Of a DNA stretch of 64,000 bases, positions 18,443-39,305 are shown in pieces. The stretch comes from the human T2T-CHM13v2.0 reference genome, Homo sapiens. Where the stretch lies: NCBI RefSeq assembly GCF_009914755.1, contig NC_060932.1; one strand, 5' to 3'. Position numbers and translations under genes: made by a program. The first letter of the stretch is position 1. Every line of letters starts with the position of its first letter. Below the pieces are notes generated by a model that saw only the letters and a list, made by a program, of their open reading frames with translations, searched no databases and had not been told where the DNA came from.

Positions 18443-19241
<799 letters not shown>

Positions 19242-19260
19242 TTAAAAACCAAATGCCTAG

Positions 19261-19596
<336 letters not shown>

Positions 19597-20264
19597 CATC
19601 AATATCTTTTGTGGGAAACTGAGGCCCACAGAGAGTGCAACCAAAGTTGGTCACCTGGTTAGACCAGAGTCCAGATGATTGCCATTTCTCTCATGGTGGT
19701 AAGGTGGCACTGTGAGTCTTTACCATGCACAGCTCTGGGCCAGGATGCTCCCTCTGTGCCTCTTGTCAGGGAGGAGGGAAACCACAGAGTGAGTCTGGAT
19801 CTGTACAAAACTGAGCATTAGACAGTTTGCTTTCAGTGCCTCCAACCCCGCAGTAGGGCCTTCTCCTTGCCCACCCCTTCTGCAGAAGCACCCACTACCC
19901 TCCGCTGTCTCTACTCTCCCACTACCAAGGCCTGGCATCAGGAAAGGATTTAGTAACCTTCTGCACACAAAGCTGGAAATTACTCCCATGCTATCTTTTC
20001 CATGATTATTTGGTCTTGTCGTGAAGGACTGAAAGTTTCAGCCAAAGACAAGAATTTCTCATTATGGAGTTTTTCCCTGGCTTCAGAAAACCAGCAGAGA
20101 AGGCATTTAGGCCCACAGTGGAGGAAACATGGGTGATCCTAGTGGGTGACGCAGGGGTTGGCCTTAGTCTTCTCTTATAATCCCCTTTTCTTTGACATGG
20201 AATCCTCTGGCCCTCTTACTTGCAAGGTTGATAAAGATAATAACAGATAAGATTGTGAATCTGA

Positions 20265-20810
<546 letters not shown>

Positions 20811-21999
20811 GACTGTGAATCTGCTCTTTTAAACACATTTAGCAAAATTTCTAATTCTAGATAAAGTCTGTGCCTTCAAAGCCATCACCTTGGGGAACAC
20901 GTCACTTATTTCAATAATTCTTGCACTCATTTCAGGGTCTTTGTTTTAGGAATATTAATAATTACCGATTATGAAATGCCTGCTACAGATCAAAAACTAT
21001 GCCAGGCACTTTACACACTGTACCTTATTAAATCCTATAAAACAATTGCCCCCTTTTCAACAAGACAAAGCTAGTTTTATTCTATCTGTATCAAATCTCA
21101 TCAGTGGCCACAGAAACTCTAATCCCTAATTGTAGTCATCACACTTGGCTCTAAATGACTTTAGACTGTTCCCAGAAATCAGTCTACCCTTGAAATGCAA
21201 AAAGTGACCTCCACAAAGAACAGCCAAGAGAGTATGTCACACGCTCAGTTGGATTTCCCATAAAGGAATTCCAGGAATATTTTGTTCCATGGCAACATCT
21301 TTGCAATAAGTTCATGGCCTCCCAAGATGACTGCTTTGATGTGTGGATGCACGTGTGGGTGCATGTGTGTTGGATCAACCAAAGTGCTTTAGAGATACAG
21401 ACTATACACTTAGATCTGCCTAAATGTCTGACTGGTACTTTGAGAAGAGAGGGGACAAGAAGGAAGTGTCACAGAAGTTTCTTTCCTGATGGGTCAGGGG
21501 CATGGCTCTCTGGTGCACCTGTCTGTCTGGTTCTGGGCCTTCTTTCTCATCCCACTGGCTGCGTTTTTGGTGACTGCACACAGCTAGTGAGAGAAAGGAC
21601 ACCTGTGACAGAGAGGACACCTGGCTCCCAGCTATAGGGTTCACCCTGTCCGGAAAGCCCTCCCACCCCCTTCCCCTACTGCTGTAAGACCTACCCTGTG
21701 GGGTCCTACAGGGCTACTTCAGGGTTGGTTATTCTTCTCCCCCTTCCTCTACTCTTTTCCTTGATGGGAGGACTGACGTTTCTACAACCTTATGCTGCTG
21801 TTTTGTGAGTTCGTTGTCAAGCTCCCTTCCAACTAGACCCCTCAGGCCCTCATAGAGAGAAATTCTGGAGTTGCCGCTGGTCAACGGAGCCCTTAGGGCA
21901 GCTCAACAATCACCACGTTTCCTGAAGCAACTTTCACTCCTTCTTTTCTCTCTTCAAACTTCCAACACCTTCTCCCTACCCCTCAGTCTCAGCCCATAA

Positions 22000-22305
<306 letters not shown>

Positions 22306-22419
22306 CACATGATTCTTAAAAAGAGAAGCAATGAACACCGCAGGCTCCCACCACTGTATCTGTCATCCTACCCGCCTCTGAGCCCACTTTCTCTGCCCTT
22401 CCTCCTTTTGACACATTTC

Positions 22420-23147
22420 CTCCAATCAGCCACATTTAATGAACAGAATGAGGCATGCCCTCCTCCTCCTCCAAACACTTTCTTTCTGAAGCCTCCAGAC
22501 AACACTCTAGCAGTTCTTCTCTCAAGTCACCACCTACTCCCTTTCCACTGTCTTTGTTGATTTGTCCTCACAGCCCAGCTGGTTGCAATGCCCCAGGGAT
22601 CAATCCTTTGACTTCTTTTCTGTAAACACTCACTTTCAAGATGAGCTCATTCTTTCTCATGGCTTTAAAATACCACGTAAACACTCATAACAAACTCATA
22701 AATGTGTCTCTCTGCCCAGACCCTCTCCTGAGTTCCAGACACATCCATGCCACTGTGTAGCAACCATCTTCACTTTGAAGTCACATCTTCACTTCAATGC
22801 ACTCCACTCAGAAGCCTCAGTCTTCCCTCCAGGCTTGACCCTGAAGCCTTCTCCATCTCAGTCAATGGCTACTCCATTCTTGCAGCCCAGGCCAAAAACC
22901 CTGGAGTCAGCCTGAAACCTTCCTGGCAGCTCATGCAGTCAGTAAACCCCACTGGATCTACCTTCCGAGCAGATCTGGAATTGGATCATTTCTCACCATT
23001 CGCCACCTTCACCACTGCCACCTGCACTTCAGCTGCCATCACCTTGTCTGGATAGTGTGGGAGCCTCTCTCTGCTCCTACTTTTGCCTCTCAAAGTCTGT
23101 TACTCTCAGCACAGCAGCAGGGTAATCTGTTTAAAACTAAGTCAGAT
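22420..23147 (+). mobile_element. L2 fragment (resumes at ~25598-26200 after the L1 block)
   Basis: L2 motifs ctcatggctttaaa..tacc, ctctcctgagttccagac, ccatctcagtcaatggc, gccaaaaacc.tggagtca; aagtcagatt occurs at both sides of the L1 block like a TSD. Confidence 0.75.
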
Positions 23148-25618
<2,471 letters not shown>

Positions 25619-26499
25619 CTACTCAAACTCTTGCCTAGGCATTTAATATGGAATAAATCATTCTTACCCAGGTGGGACTGCCAGGACCCCCTGCCTCTCC
25701 ATTCCTTTCCTGCCTCTTTCCTCTCGTCCACTCTGCCCCAGCCTCGCCGGCCTCCTCCCCTGTTGCAAGGGAAGCGTGAGGTGCTCCTCCTGTCCACTCG
25801 CCGCTCACTCCGCAGGGAATGTTCTCTCTCCCCTCAGCCTGGTTTATTTTTCTTCTTATCACTCTCACCACCTGGCATATCATCTGCTTCCCCTCCCCCG
25901 ACCCTAGCACAGCTCTAGGAGAACAGGGACTTCTGCTGCTTCTGTTCATGAACGTGCTCAACAAGGGCCTGCCTGTCCCTCTGACATGGTCCTCCTGGAG
26001 CTGCAGCTGCCCCACTGTCTCAGGAGTACAGAATTTCCTCCTCCTCCCCAGTCCCCACACCTGGCCCACCCTTTCCCTTTGTTCTTCTGCCTGTGCTGCC
26101 AGTGACGAGCCTGTGAGACCAGACACTGAAGAGAGCAGACAACCAGGGACACAGGAGTCTTTGTCCCCAAAAGGATCTCAGTAAATGTTGGCTGCTTGTA
26201 AAGAATCTCTGCGGTGTTGATTTTGTGGTCAATGAGGGGCTGTTTGCTCCTCCTCAAGTGCACCCACCCCCACTTCAGGGCACCTACTGGCCCCAGAACC
26301 AAGTTACCAAAGGCCCATTTACGCCCGAAGGATGCCACTTGCCTCTGAGAGATGAGGGGAGCTCACAGCCTCCTCGTAGCCCCATAATGCAGTATTTCCC
26401 CAAGGAGTCAGGTCTCACTGGTGGCCCTTGGACAGGCATTCAGTGGCATTGTCCACACCATGAAAAAGTTCTCCCTTTTCAATGCTTTTTCAAACACCC

Positions 26500-26952
26500 T
26501 GTCATGGGTTGAATTGGGTCCCCCGCAAAAACAGAGGTTGAAATCCTAACCCCTAATACTCAGAATATGACTTTATTTGGAAATATTATAGGATTGTTGC
26601 AGATGTCATTAGTTAAGGTGAAGCCAGACTGGAATAGGTAGACCCCTAAGCCAATAGGCCCATTGTCCTTATAATGAGAGGAGAGCCCTGTGAAGACAAA
26701 AGCACTCAAGGAGAGCTCGTGACCAGGAAGGCAGAGATTCCAGCTAAGGGGCTGCGAGCCAAGGAACACACAGAATTGTCAACCAAACACCAGAAGCTGT
26801 GACAGCCAAGGAGGGATTCTCTCCTACGGTTCTCAGAAAGTGATGGCCTGCTGACACTTGGATTTTAGAATTCTAGTGTCTAGAACTGTGAGACAACAAA
26901 TGTTTGTAGTTTCAAGCCACCCAGTCCATGGCAAACCTGGGAAGCCAATACA
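26500..26952 (+). mobile_element. MaLR LTR (MLT1-type)
   Basis: tgtcatgggttgaattg.gtccccc...tagaactgtgagacaacaaat...aagccacccagt...aataca. Confidence 0.88.
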
Positions 26953-27585
26953 GACCCTAATGACCTCAGGGAGGAAGTCTCACTTGGGGGCTTGCGGGTT
27001 TTTCATGCCTTTCTGATACTTGCTAATTTTCCTTTTTGCAAAGAGAAAACAGTCCACAGGCTAAGAGCTTTCAGCAAGAGAGGCACCAAACTAAATTTTA
27101 ATAACCTTGTTTGGATTCCATTGTATGTATTTGTATGATTACCATCGATTTCTAACAAGTGATAACAGGTTTTCCTTGCACAACAGTAAAACAAATTTCC
27201 TTTTCAAAGAAATAAACCAAGTTTAAAAATGAGTTAATTTAATGAAAAAATATTATGTCACATTAATAGAACTGGCGAGAAAACATGGCAAAAATAGTGA
27301 ATGTGGGGAAGGTAACTAAAGTTTTTCATATGCCATCTTGAAGAAATCCAAGACCAGATAGCCACTGCGCCTCTTCCTTTCATGTCCCAGATCATAAATG
27401 CAAAAGATTAAAATGAAAATGACAACATATACAATGATTAGGAAAAGTACAAAGTGGGCAAAATTATTTGCACATTGGTCTTACCTTTTTCCCGTCTTCT
27501 CCCCTTCTCATTTGCCTTCCCTCACCTGGAGGCCCAGGACCTGCATCCAGCCAGGCTTCTTCCTGTCTCCAAAGAAAACCGATAT

Positions 27586-27865
27586 GGCCGGGCACTGTGG
27601 CTCACACCTGTAATCTCAGCGCTTTAGGAGGCCAAGGCTGGAGGATCACTTTAGCCCAGGAGTTCAAGACCAGCCTGGGAAGCACAAGGAGACCTCTCTC
27701 TACCAAAAATTTTAAAATTAGCCAGACACGGTGGCACATACCTGCAAGTCCTAGCTGCTCAGGAGATTGAGATAGGAGGAGGATTGTGGAGCCAGGGAGT
27801 TCCAAGGCTGCATTGAGCTATGACTGCACCACTACACTCCAGCCTGGACAACAGAGTGAAATGAA
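27586..27865 (+). mobile_element. Alu (J-type)
   Basis: Diverged Alu whose tail expands into a purine tract. Confidence 0.9.
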
Positions 27866-27973
27866 AGAAAGAGAGAGAGAAAGAGAAAGAAGGAGAGAGA
27901 GAAAGAAAGAAGGAAGGAAAGAAAGAAAGAAAAAGAAAGAAAGAGAAAGGAAAGAAGGAAGGAAGGAAGGACA

Positions 27974-28025
<52 letters not shown>

Positions 28026-28252
28026 AGGAAAGAAAAAGAATGAAAGAAAAAAAGAGAGAAAGAAAGAGAGAGAAAGAGCGAGGGAGGGAGGGAGGGAGGG
28101 AAGGAAGGAAGGAAGGAAGGACAAAGAAAGAAAGAAAGAAAGAAAGAGAATGAAAGAAAGAAAAAAGAGAGAAAGAAAGAAAGAGCGAGGGAGGGAGGGA
28201 AGGAAGGAGAGAGAAAGGGAGAAAGAGAGAGAGAGGAAAAGAAAAGGAAAGC
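27864..28252 (+). repeat. Compound polypurine microsatellite (GAAA)n/(GGAA)n/(GGGA)n/(GA)n
   Basis: ~390 nt almost exclusively A/G on the plus strand. Confidence 0.95.
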
Positions 28253-28846
28253 AAATCTGATAAACTAGCCTCCACTGAGCTTGCAGTTAGAGAACTCAGT
28301 GACAGCCCCATCATTGTCACTAACGTGATGAGTGACTTTGGGCAAATCCCTTAGTCTCTCTAGACTTCAGTTTCCTCTCTACAAGAGAAGATAAGACAAC
28401 AGGGTATCTTTTTGCTCAGAATTCTATGCTTCTGGGATGTTAGCAATTTAATGTGTTCCCCTCTTAGGGACTCACATTACACTTTAAAAAAGACTTTAGT
28501 AAAAAGATGAATAAATTCAGAGGAATGAGCCCCCAAAAGTGAAATTCCAGGTTTAGTGGCATGTGGGGGAGAGAGATTTTTTAGGATGGTTGGGTGAGGC
28601 AGTTGTAAAATCACACAGTCAGCAACCAGTAACTGCTGCCTCTGCATGAGGCCGGCTTCACCTCCAGATGGTAGGCCTACCGCTGTCTCAGACCCCCTCG
28701 GGCCCCACGAGGCCTGCCCTGACCCCTTGGGTGGCCTTCCATTCCATCAGGAATCAGGAAATCATATCTCTGATAGGGATAAATACTGCATTTTTAATTT
28801 TTGAAAAGCAAAATATAGGTATTTATTTACATTCATGTCCGTGTAT

Positions 28847-28849
28847 ACA

Positions 28850-28887
<38 letters not shown>
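28847..28887 (+). repeat. (CA)n microsatellite
   Basis: Direct reading. Confidence 0.95.
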
Positions 28888-28893
<6 letters not shown>

Positions 28894-30049
28894 GTTGGCG
28901 ACAGGAAAGGGCCAAGAAGAAAAATCAGCTTTGACAACCTAATAAATGTCAATTTCTGAAGGGGGCTGAGTTAGAAGATGAATCCTCAGAACTTTAATTG
29001 GAGACATGATGCTCTCACTTTGCCAGCACCCCCACCTCTCCCGATCCCTCCACAGATAGCAAAGCCCTTGCCTTCCTCTAATTGACAAGAGGCCTCTGTC
29101 TGCTAGGATTTGCCTCTGGGATGTCAAGAGGCCCAGGGATGGGGTGAAGGTGGTGCTCTAATGCCCTTCAGAGAGAAGAGGTGAAATAGCAGGATTTGTG
29201 TCCCAAAGGCAGACAGCCCAATGGGCTGAGCAGTCACAGATTTGCCCTACGCTGTGCCTGCCCTACGTGAGACCCTGCAGAGACAAAGGGGTCCCCCCTG
29301 ACTAGTGATGCTTGCTTTCCACCTAACAGCAAGTCAGGAGGCTCCCTTTGGATCCCCGGTGGTACCCTAATCCAGGCACAGTGGGAGAAAGGGAAAGCAC
29401 GTGGGGGAGGTGGTGGTGTGTGGTGGTTGAGAGGATCGCTCCCCAGCCCGGCTGCCTAGAGTCACCACCAACTGCTGATCTTTGGGTCAAGTGTTTGACT
29501 CTTCTGTGCCTCAGTTTTATCATCTGTGAAAAGGAGACCATCACAGCACCTGCCTGAATGCATTGTGAGAGGATCAGATGGGTTAATCAGGGTGCAGCAG
29601 CCACACACACTCATGCCCAACAGGAGACTTAATGGTAACAGCTCTTCAGCTCAGCACAGCTGCCAGAGCTTTGGAGCCAGCACTCCTGGGCAAACTGTGG
29701 AGTCTCAGCACCATCACCCAAACAAGCTGCATGTCATGCGTGAGACAGTTCAGCTGTGACAGGCAGCCATCACAGTGATCGAGCTGGGCAGGAGAAGCAG
29801 TCATGGCCACCAACACCTGGCCCACCACTGCATTCTGACCATCACTTTCTAGTAAAACACCGAGGACCACTTTTCTTTTGAGATCCCCACTCTAACTTCT
29901 GCCCCTCCAGAACCCACAAGCATTCTCCTTTTGGCCTCCTACAGACTGTAATCTTAGCCATACAATTTAGCTCATTTTTATATTAGTAATAGTTCAAGTA
30001 ACTAGCATCTGCACAGTGCTTTGCAGTTTACAAAGGAATGTTTAGTTTA

Positions 30050-30965
30050 CATTTTTGAATTGTTAGTACACTGACATGGCTCAAAATTTAGAAATCTGTA
30101 TTAAAAGGCAGTTAAGAGTCTCCCTGTTACTCTCATCTCCTATCCTTCCCGACCCCAGCCTCGGCACCCACAGGTAACCACTGTTTTTACTTCCTCAGAG
30201 ATCCTTCTAGAGTTTCATTCTGTATGCATGAGTAAATATTTCTATTTCCCCTCTTTTTATTTTATTTTATTTTTTTGGAGATGGAATCCCACTACATTGC
30301 CCAGGCTGGTCTCCAATTTCTGGCCTTAAACGATCTTCCCTCCTCACCCTCCCAAAGTGCTGGGATTATAGGTGTGAGCCACTGCACCCGGCCTCTCTGC
30401 TTTTTAAACACAAAATGTAGCATGCTATCTATACACACTGTTCTGTGCCTTGCTTTTCTTCATTTGATGGTATGTCTTATACACAAGTACAAAGCTTTCT
30501 GTCTCCTTCCTTTTTATAGCTGCATAATACTCCATTGTGTGGGAAAACAAAATATCTTAAAGAGAACCCTCTTACCCAGCATTTACGTTCTTTTCAATAT
30601 TTTCCCATCACAAACATTCTGTAACAAGTAGCCATAAACAAATCCTTTGCACTTACGCAAATGTATTTATAGGACAATTTCCCAGAAATGGATTGCTAGG
30701 TCAGAAGATATGTACATTTAAACCGTGGATAGATATTGCCAAACTGCCCTCCCTAGAGGTTATACACATTTATCTTCCCATGAGAGATAGGAGACTATCT
30801 ATTTCCTTACAACTCCACTATAACTGTGTTACCAACTTCCTGGACTTTCTCCAATTGGATAGGTGAAAAAGTTGCTTATTGGTGTAATTTTAATTTACAT
30901 TTCTCTTATTTTCAATGAGGTTCAGCGTGCTTATATACATTTAAGAGCTATTTGTATTTCCTTAC
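30050..30965 (-). mobile_element. Old L1 (L1M) 3' fragment with an Alu monomer at ~30254-30392
   Basis: Antisense L1 motifs ggattgctaggtca, tttaatttacatttctcttatt. Confidence 0.75.
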
Positions 30966-31640
30966 CCTAAATGTACTTTGCTAGCCGTTTATCTCCTTTA
31001 TCTTCGCAATCCCCCAGTGAGAAATGTGAGGTAAGTATTAATAATATCTGCATTTTAAAATGATAGAGCTAAGACTCGAAGCATTTAAGATACTGGCTTA
31101 AAGCCTAGGCTGGTATGGCAGGGGCGAAATACCATCTTGCATTTTTTTCTGATTGTTTTATGTTTGGGATATTCCCAATTGAGTGGTGCATTTCTTATCT
31201 GCCTTCAAATCGTCCCCATGAACCTAGAACGGCGCTAAGATGTAGCAAAAGAGTGAGCCAGGGGACCATGGGTCCCTAGCCCTGGTTTCTTGCTGTGGCT
31301 CTGTGAGTTACTGGCTGTCTGCCTCTGGTCAAGTCCCTTGACTCTTTCCCTGGAGAAGACTCTTTATGGGCGGACTTTCCATATCTGTAAAGCCAGGATT
31401 TGAACTAAATCACCAAAGTCCCTTCCAGGAAATGACTACAGTGGGAAGCACTCCATGAGTCTTTTATTATTATTTCTTTTTGAGCAGAGGAAATAAAACC
31501 GTTTTCAGACCTCCCAAGATGAGAATGTTCAAATCATACCCGTTTATGTGAATGCAGTCTAATCAGAGGCGGTGAGTGAGGCAGCAATGGGAAGGGATTA
31601 GGGGGTCTTCAGGCAGTATTGCAAAGTGGGGAGGCTGTCA

Positions 31641-31848
31641 CAGTGGTATACTACAGTCTGCCTGTACTGAGAGCCGACTGCAAGATCTTTTAGGAGTTTT
31701 GTAAGCCAATTGACATCCCATTGATAGCTTGAAATAGGCCACGGTGGGAATATTTACACCATGGAAATCAGTAAATGCTACATGTGATAGCATTCCCATC
31801 TCCCACACCCAGAGCCAGTTGTTCACCAGTATTCAGCTGCCATCACAT
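31641..31848 (+). mobile_element. MER63-like hAT-Blackjack element
   Basis: cagtggt...gagagccga...tagcttgaaat.ggcca.ggtgggaatatttacaccatggaaat...agagccagttgtt. Confidence 0.7.
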
Positions 31849-31880
31849 CGCTCCCCGAGGATCTACAAAAAGCCATAAGC

Positions 31881-32182
<302 letters not shown>

Positions 32183-32384
32183 TTAAGCAACAGGAGCACT
32201 GGAGAATTGACAGGACTGTCGGGGAGCATGAAGGGTTCTGGGAGTGAGAAGAGCTCACACAGGCCAGAACCCTGCTCAGACAGGGGCCACTGGGCCACAC
32301 CCTACCTTAGCCAGGAAATCAGTAGACCCCAGCAGTCCACGTCACCTCCAAGGGTAAGAGCACTGACCCCAGAGCAAACTGCAG

Positions 32385-32605
32385 GGTTTCCAAATCCCTG
32401 CTGCCCACATAGAAGCTCTGTGACCTTCAATAAGTTGCTGAAGTGTCATGTCTCAGGCTCCCCATCTGGAAAATGGGGACGTAATAGCCATTATCCCTAC
32501 CTCAAGGGGTTTTTGTGAAAATTAACGAGTTAACACATAGGATGCATTTAGAACAGTAAACGTCTGGCATGATCAAATGCTCAGTAAGCAATTGCTATTG
32601 TTATT
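32385..32605 (+). mobile_element. MIR
   Basis: tgtgacctt...catctggaaaatgggg...cctacctca..gggtt.ttgtga..attaa. Confidence 0.7.
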
Positions 32606-33699
32606 CTTTTACTAGAACCACAGGGTAAGACTGCACTGAGAGTCCTGGGGGCCAGGTTTCTGGTCCTCCCTCTGTAGCTGTGGGATCTGGAAAAATCCTC
32701 TTTCCTGCTCTAGGCCTGTTTTGCTACCAGTAAAGAAAGGGATTGGGGCAGATCATCACCAGGATCCTTCCAGCCCTTCCCGTCCCTTGTCCAGCACTCC
32801 AGTCCCTTGACCCTGTGGGTTCTCATGAAGGATTCTCCTTTGTCGCCACCCCTGGGAAGCCTTCCTGGGTGCCCTGGCAGAGTCAGGCCTCCTTCCTCTG
32901 GGCCCCCACATCCCAGCACTGTGTCTGTGAGCCCCTCAGCACCTAACATACCACACCTTGAATACCTGCCCACCTCCCCACTGGACTCCTCGAGGCAGGG
33001 ATAAGCCTCTATTTTCTTCTCTATCCCCTTCCCTGGAGAAGACCCTTGCCCTTTCCCAAAGAAAACCCTCAGTAGTGGAATCAGGAAGGGAAAGAGGCCA
33101 GGCACCTTCTGAAACACGCCCTTACCCACCTAGCCTGTACCCTTCCCACTCTAAATGCCCTCTGCAACCCCCACAACACCATCCCAAGCCTCGACTTTCT
33201 GCTACAGAGTGACCCAAGCCCCACCACAAGGCTGTGCTGCTCCGCTCCCTCCCCATCTTGATGTGAAACAAAAGAGCAATTGCCCAGAACAGGGCTGAGT
33301 AATAAACCATGCATGGGAGCCAGCACCACATTCCCCTATAATCTGGGCTAGTCCAGAGCTTGCCAGCTCCACTCACTCCCTCCTTCTGCCAGCCCAGGGA
33401 ACATCTCCAGCTGGTGATCTGCCAGGGGGCTGGCTCCCCACAGCCCGCTCCACTGGGCTCCGAGAGTTCTCTGGCTGGTGGGGCATTGGGCGGAGGAAGG
33501 GGATGGGCAAACTCAGAGGGCAGGCCCCAGGGCACTTGCAGCCTCTGAGGGCCAGCAAGGACCCCCTTCAGTTTTGTGTCCTGAACACCTTGCCTACTGT
33601 ACCCTAGTCCTGGCGCTTGCAGAGAAAAAGAGGCTTGTCCTCCCCTGGTAGCCAAGCCCACAACTGGAAGGTCTGCTCCCTCCCCCAGCCATAACCCTA

Positions 33700-33915
33700 T
33701 CCCTCCCCGCTGCTGCATTTTTCTCCATAGCATTTACTGCCATCTGACATATCATAAATTTTATTTGTTTTTTGTTTAGTGCCCTCCTCCCTCAAAAGAA
33801 GGTAAATTCCACAAGGGCAAAGGTTTTTGTTCTTTTTTTCACTCTCTATTCCCAGAACCAAGAACACTGTTTAGTGTTTCATTAGCGCTTGATCAATATC
33901 GATTGAATGAATGAA
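33700..33915 (+). mobile_element. L2 3' end
   Basis: taaattccacaagggca...caatatcgattgaatgaatgaa. Confidence 0.7.
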
Positions 33916-34412
33916 AAACTACATCTGTTGCCCTCAACCCAAAAACAGACACACACACACGTGTGTGCACACACACACACATTGGTTCTTCTATCCAGAT
34001 CAAATTTCTGGCTGTCACCTATTTTCTGCTCAAACAATAAAAATTGAGTTGGCTGATAATGAACTTAAGGCATGACCACTTTATAGAGGTATTTGCATTT
34101 TACAAGGGAAGATTTTGGAAATAGTAAAATCTTTCACGAGCCAACAGACTAAAGTTATAATGGGTGAATTATATGGGGAGGCATTTGGGGAACCCTCTCC
34201 CACCCTGCTCAGAGTGCCTCAAAGCAGATCAGCACATAGGTATCTGGTCCCTACATCACACAGCCACCAGCTGCACCCCTCAGCCCAGTTCAGCTCTCCC
34301 TGATTCCTGGGGAAGACGTATCAGCTGTCTTGACCACTGAAATCTCCATCACGCTTCCCTTCCCCAGCCTAGCCCCTCCACATAAGGACTTATTTTATCT
34401 TTGTCCCAAAAG

Positions 34413-36739
<2,327 letters not shown>

Positions 36740-37457
36740 GACATGAGCTGAGGAAAATGTAGACATTTGCTTGCCATGCAGGACTCTGAAGGATGATCAA
36801 GACTTACGATTCAATAGAGGTACACGACTTCCACTCTCATCCCAGGATCTTATTTTAAGCCATGTGACAATCCCATAAGGTCTACCCCATGTTTCTAAAC
36901 CTATGTGACAGATGAGAGACCCCAGCTCAGAGCAGTGAGGTGACTTGCCTAACGTAGCACAGCTGTCAGGGAAGAGTCCCTGGAGTTAGTTCTCTTGCCA
37001 CTGTCCCTTGGAAGTCTTCATGTCACAAACGAAGGAATCTCCCCTCGGGACTGTAACAAGCAGCATGGCCAGCAGGCAGCCTGGCATGCTGGGAAGGGCT
37101 TGGCCAAGTCCCAGCTCAGCCACTTAGGAGCCCCGGCAGCCTGGAGCCAGTCATCCAGTTTCTGCGAGCTCAGTTTCCTCATCTGCAGAACACAAAGAAC
37201 ATCCATGCCTTTCCAGAAAGGAACAAAGGAAAACATGGAGTGTTCTGGATCCTAAGAAGTCCAGTGCCCCAGGAGGGGTCAAGACCACTGCACCCCCAGG
37301 AGATCCCCATACCCAGTATTTGGGACAATGTGACATGCTGTAACAAGGCAGTCTCTGCGGCTAACTGTGGTTTCCGTAAACAGAAGCTGCTTTCTCACTT
37401 CCTCCTGTAACGGAGACCCCTATGTCCATGACTCCCTGTGTAAAAGGAACAAAGAGA

Positions 37458-37753
37458 GGATGGGTGCGGTGGCTCACGCCTGTAATCCAGCACTTTGGGA
37501 GGCCGAGGTGGGCGGATCACTTGAGGTCAGCAGTTTGAGACCAGCCTGGCCAATGTGGTGAAACCCGTCTCTACTAAAAATACAAAAATTATGTGGGCAT
37601 GGTGGCATACACCTGTAATCAAAGGAACTCGGGAGGCTGAGGCAGAAGAATCACGTAAAGCCAGGATGCAGAGGTTGCAGTGAGCCAAGATCGTGCCACT
37701 GCACTCCAATCTGGAAGACAGAGCAAGACTCCATCTCAAAAAAAAAAAAAAAA
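37458..37753 (+). mobile_element. Alu (S-type)
   Basis: Alu consensus; TSD aaaag.aacaaagag. Confidence 0.94.
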
Positions 37754-39081
37754 GTAACAAAGAGGACCAGGCCAAATGGCTGAGAGGAGAGACAAGGAAG
37801 AAAGCTACATGAAGCGGGCAGGGCTCAGGTCAGGGATGATTCATGCTTGGAGACAGACGTTTCTGGTAGCTGAAGGAGGTGAGCCTGGCTGGGACCCAGC
37901 CCAGGTGAGACACAGCCAAGTGAGGACGGGAGGGAGAAGAGGCAGCTGAACTGGGAGATGGCTCTAAGACCAGCTTCCCAGGAAGAGTGAAGCTGGATTT
38001 TACAGCCACTTGCAGGCGCCTGCTAATGAAGGAAACTAGTCCATGAAAAATGCCTCCCAGGTATTTGTGGCTGTCCCCAGGGGCTGGCTCTGTGTCTTCT
38101 GGCACTGGTGCCATGTCCACTGAGACCACTGCTTCTACACTTCACTGGGTGTTCAGTGGGCGCCACCAACTCCCAAACTCCTGAGGCTGACAGTGCTTGG
38201 CACCCTGTAGCAAAGTGATGAAACTGTCCCATTCCCTGCTCTGTTTCAACCTCAACTAGATGAATGCCCAAATGTGCAGTGTGTGCCCAAAGGCCTTAAG
38301 AACTCTAAGTGAAAGAGGCGTGTTGAGAGATAAGTCCTAGAGATAGATGCCCAGAGGTAACTCCACTGTGCTCTAATGGTGCCACCTGGACTCGTGCAGT
38401 GCACAGCCTGTGCAGCTGTCCATGGTGTCCCAGTAGACACTATACCATCCTCAAAGCACCTCATCTACCTGACAGCTTGCTCTTTTGCCTTGGTCAAGTT
38501 TCTCATGCTTGCCTAAGCCCTCATTATAAATGGTGTCTCCTAAATTTACTCATTGCTCAAGCTGCATAAGCTTGCACAGAAAACCTGCAGTGCTATCTCC
38601 TTGCTTTAGGGTAAGTTCTGTCCCAGGGAGCTCCACTGCCCCTCATGCTACTGGACCCACCCTACCATTGCTCTGGACATAGCCGAATCCCAGAAGAGAG
38701 CCCCACAAGGTTTCAGTTAAGCCTTTGAACCTATATTTTCCTCATTCCCTCTTGGCAAAGTCATTCCTGCTGACTTGCTATCCTGACAATTTCCCCCAAA
38801 CAAAAGACTATATAGCATTAATGGGAATTTTGAAGGTCTCCTGATCCAGGCCTATCATTCTGCAGATGGGAGAATAAGGCCCAGAGACGGAAGAGACTTG
38901 CTGGACGGCCCATGGCCAGTTAGTGGCAGACCTGGGATTAGAGCTCCTAATTTAGTTCCCTGTCTAGTGTCCATTGTCACGGACCTGCAGAGGTTATGGG
39001 TTGATGAACAAGCCACAATGTCCAAGCACATTGCCCTCTGCCCTACTGCTGGCCTCACCTGCCTTCCCCATCAAAGAAGTC

Positions 39082-39305
39082 AAAGACCAGCCTGGCCAAC
39101 ATGGTGAAACCCCATCTCTACTAAAAATACAAAAATTAGCCAGGCGTAGTGGCAGGCACCTGTAATCCCAGCTACTTGGGAGGCTGAGGCAGAAGAATCT
39201 GGGATTGAACCTGGGAAGTGGAGGTTGCAGTGAGGTGAGTGAGATCGCACCACTGCACTCCAGCCTTGGGTGACAGAGCAAGACTCCATCTAACAAAAAA
39301 AAAAA
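39082..39305 (+). mobile_element. Alu, 5'-truncated
   Basis: Begins at gaccagcctggccaac, ends in A tail. Confidence 0.9.
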
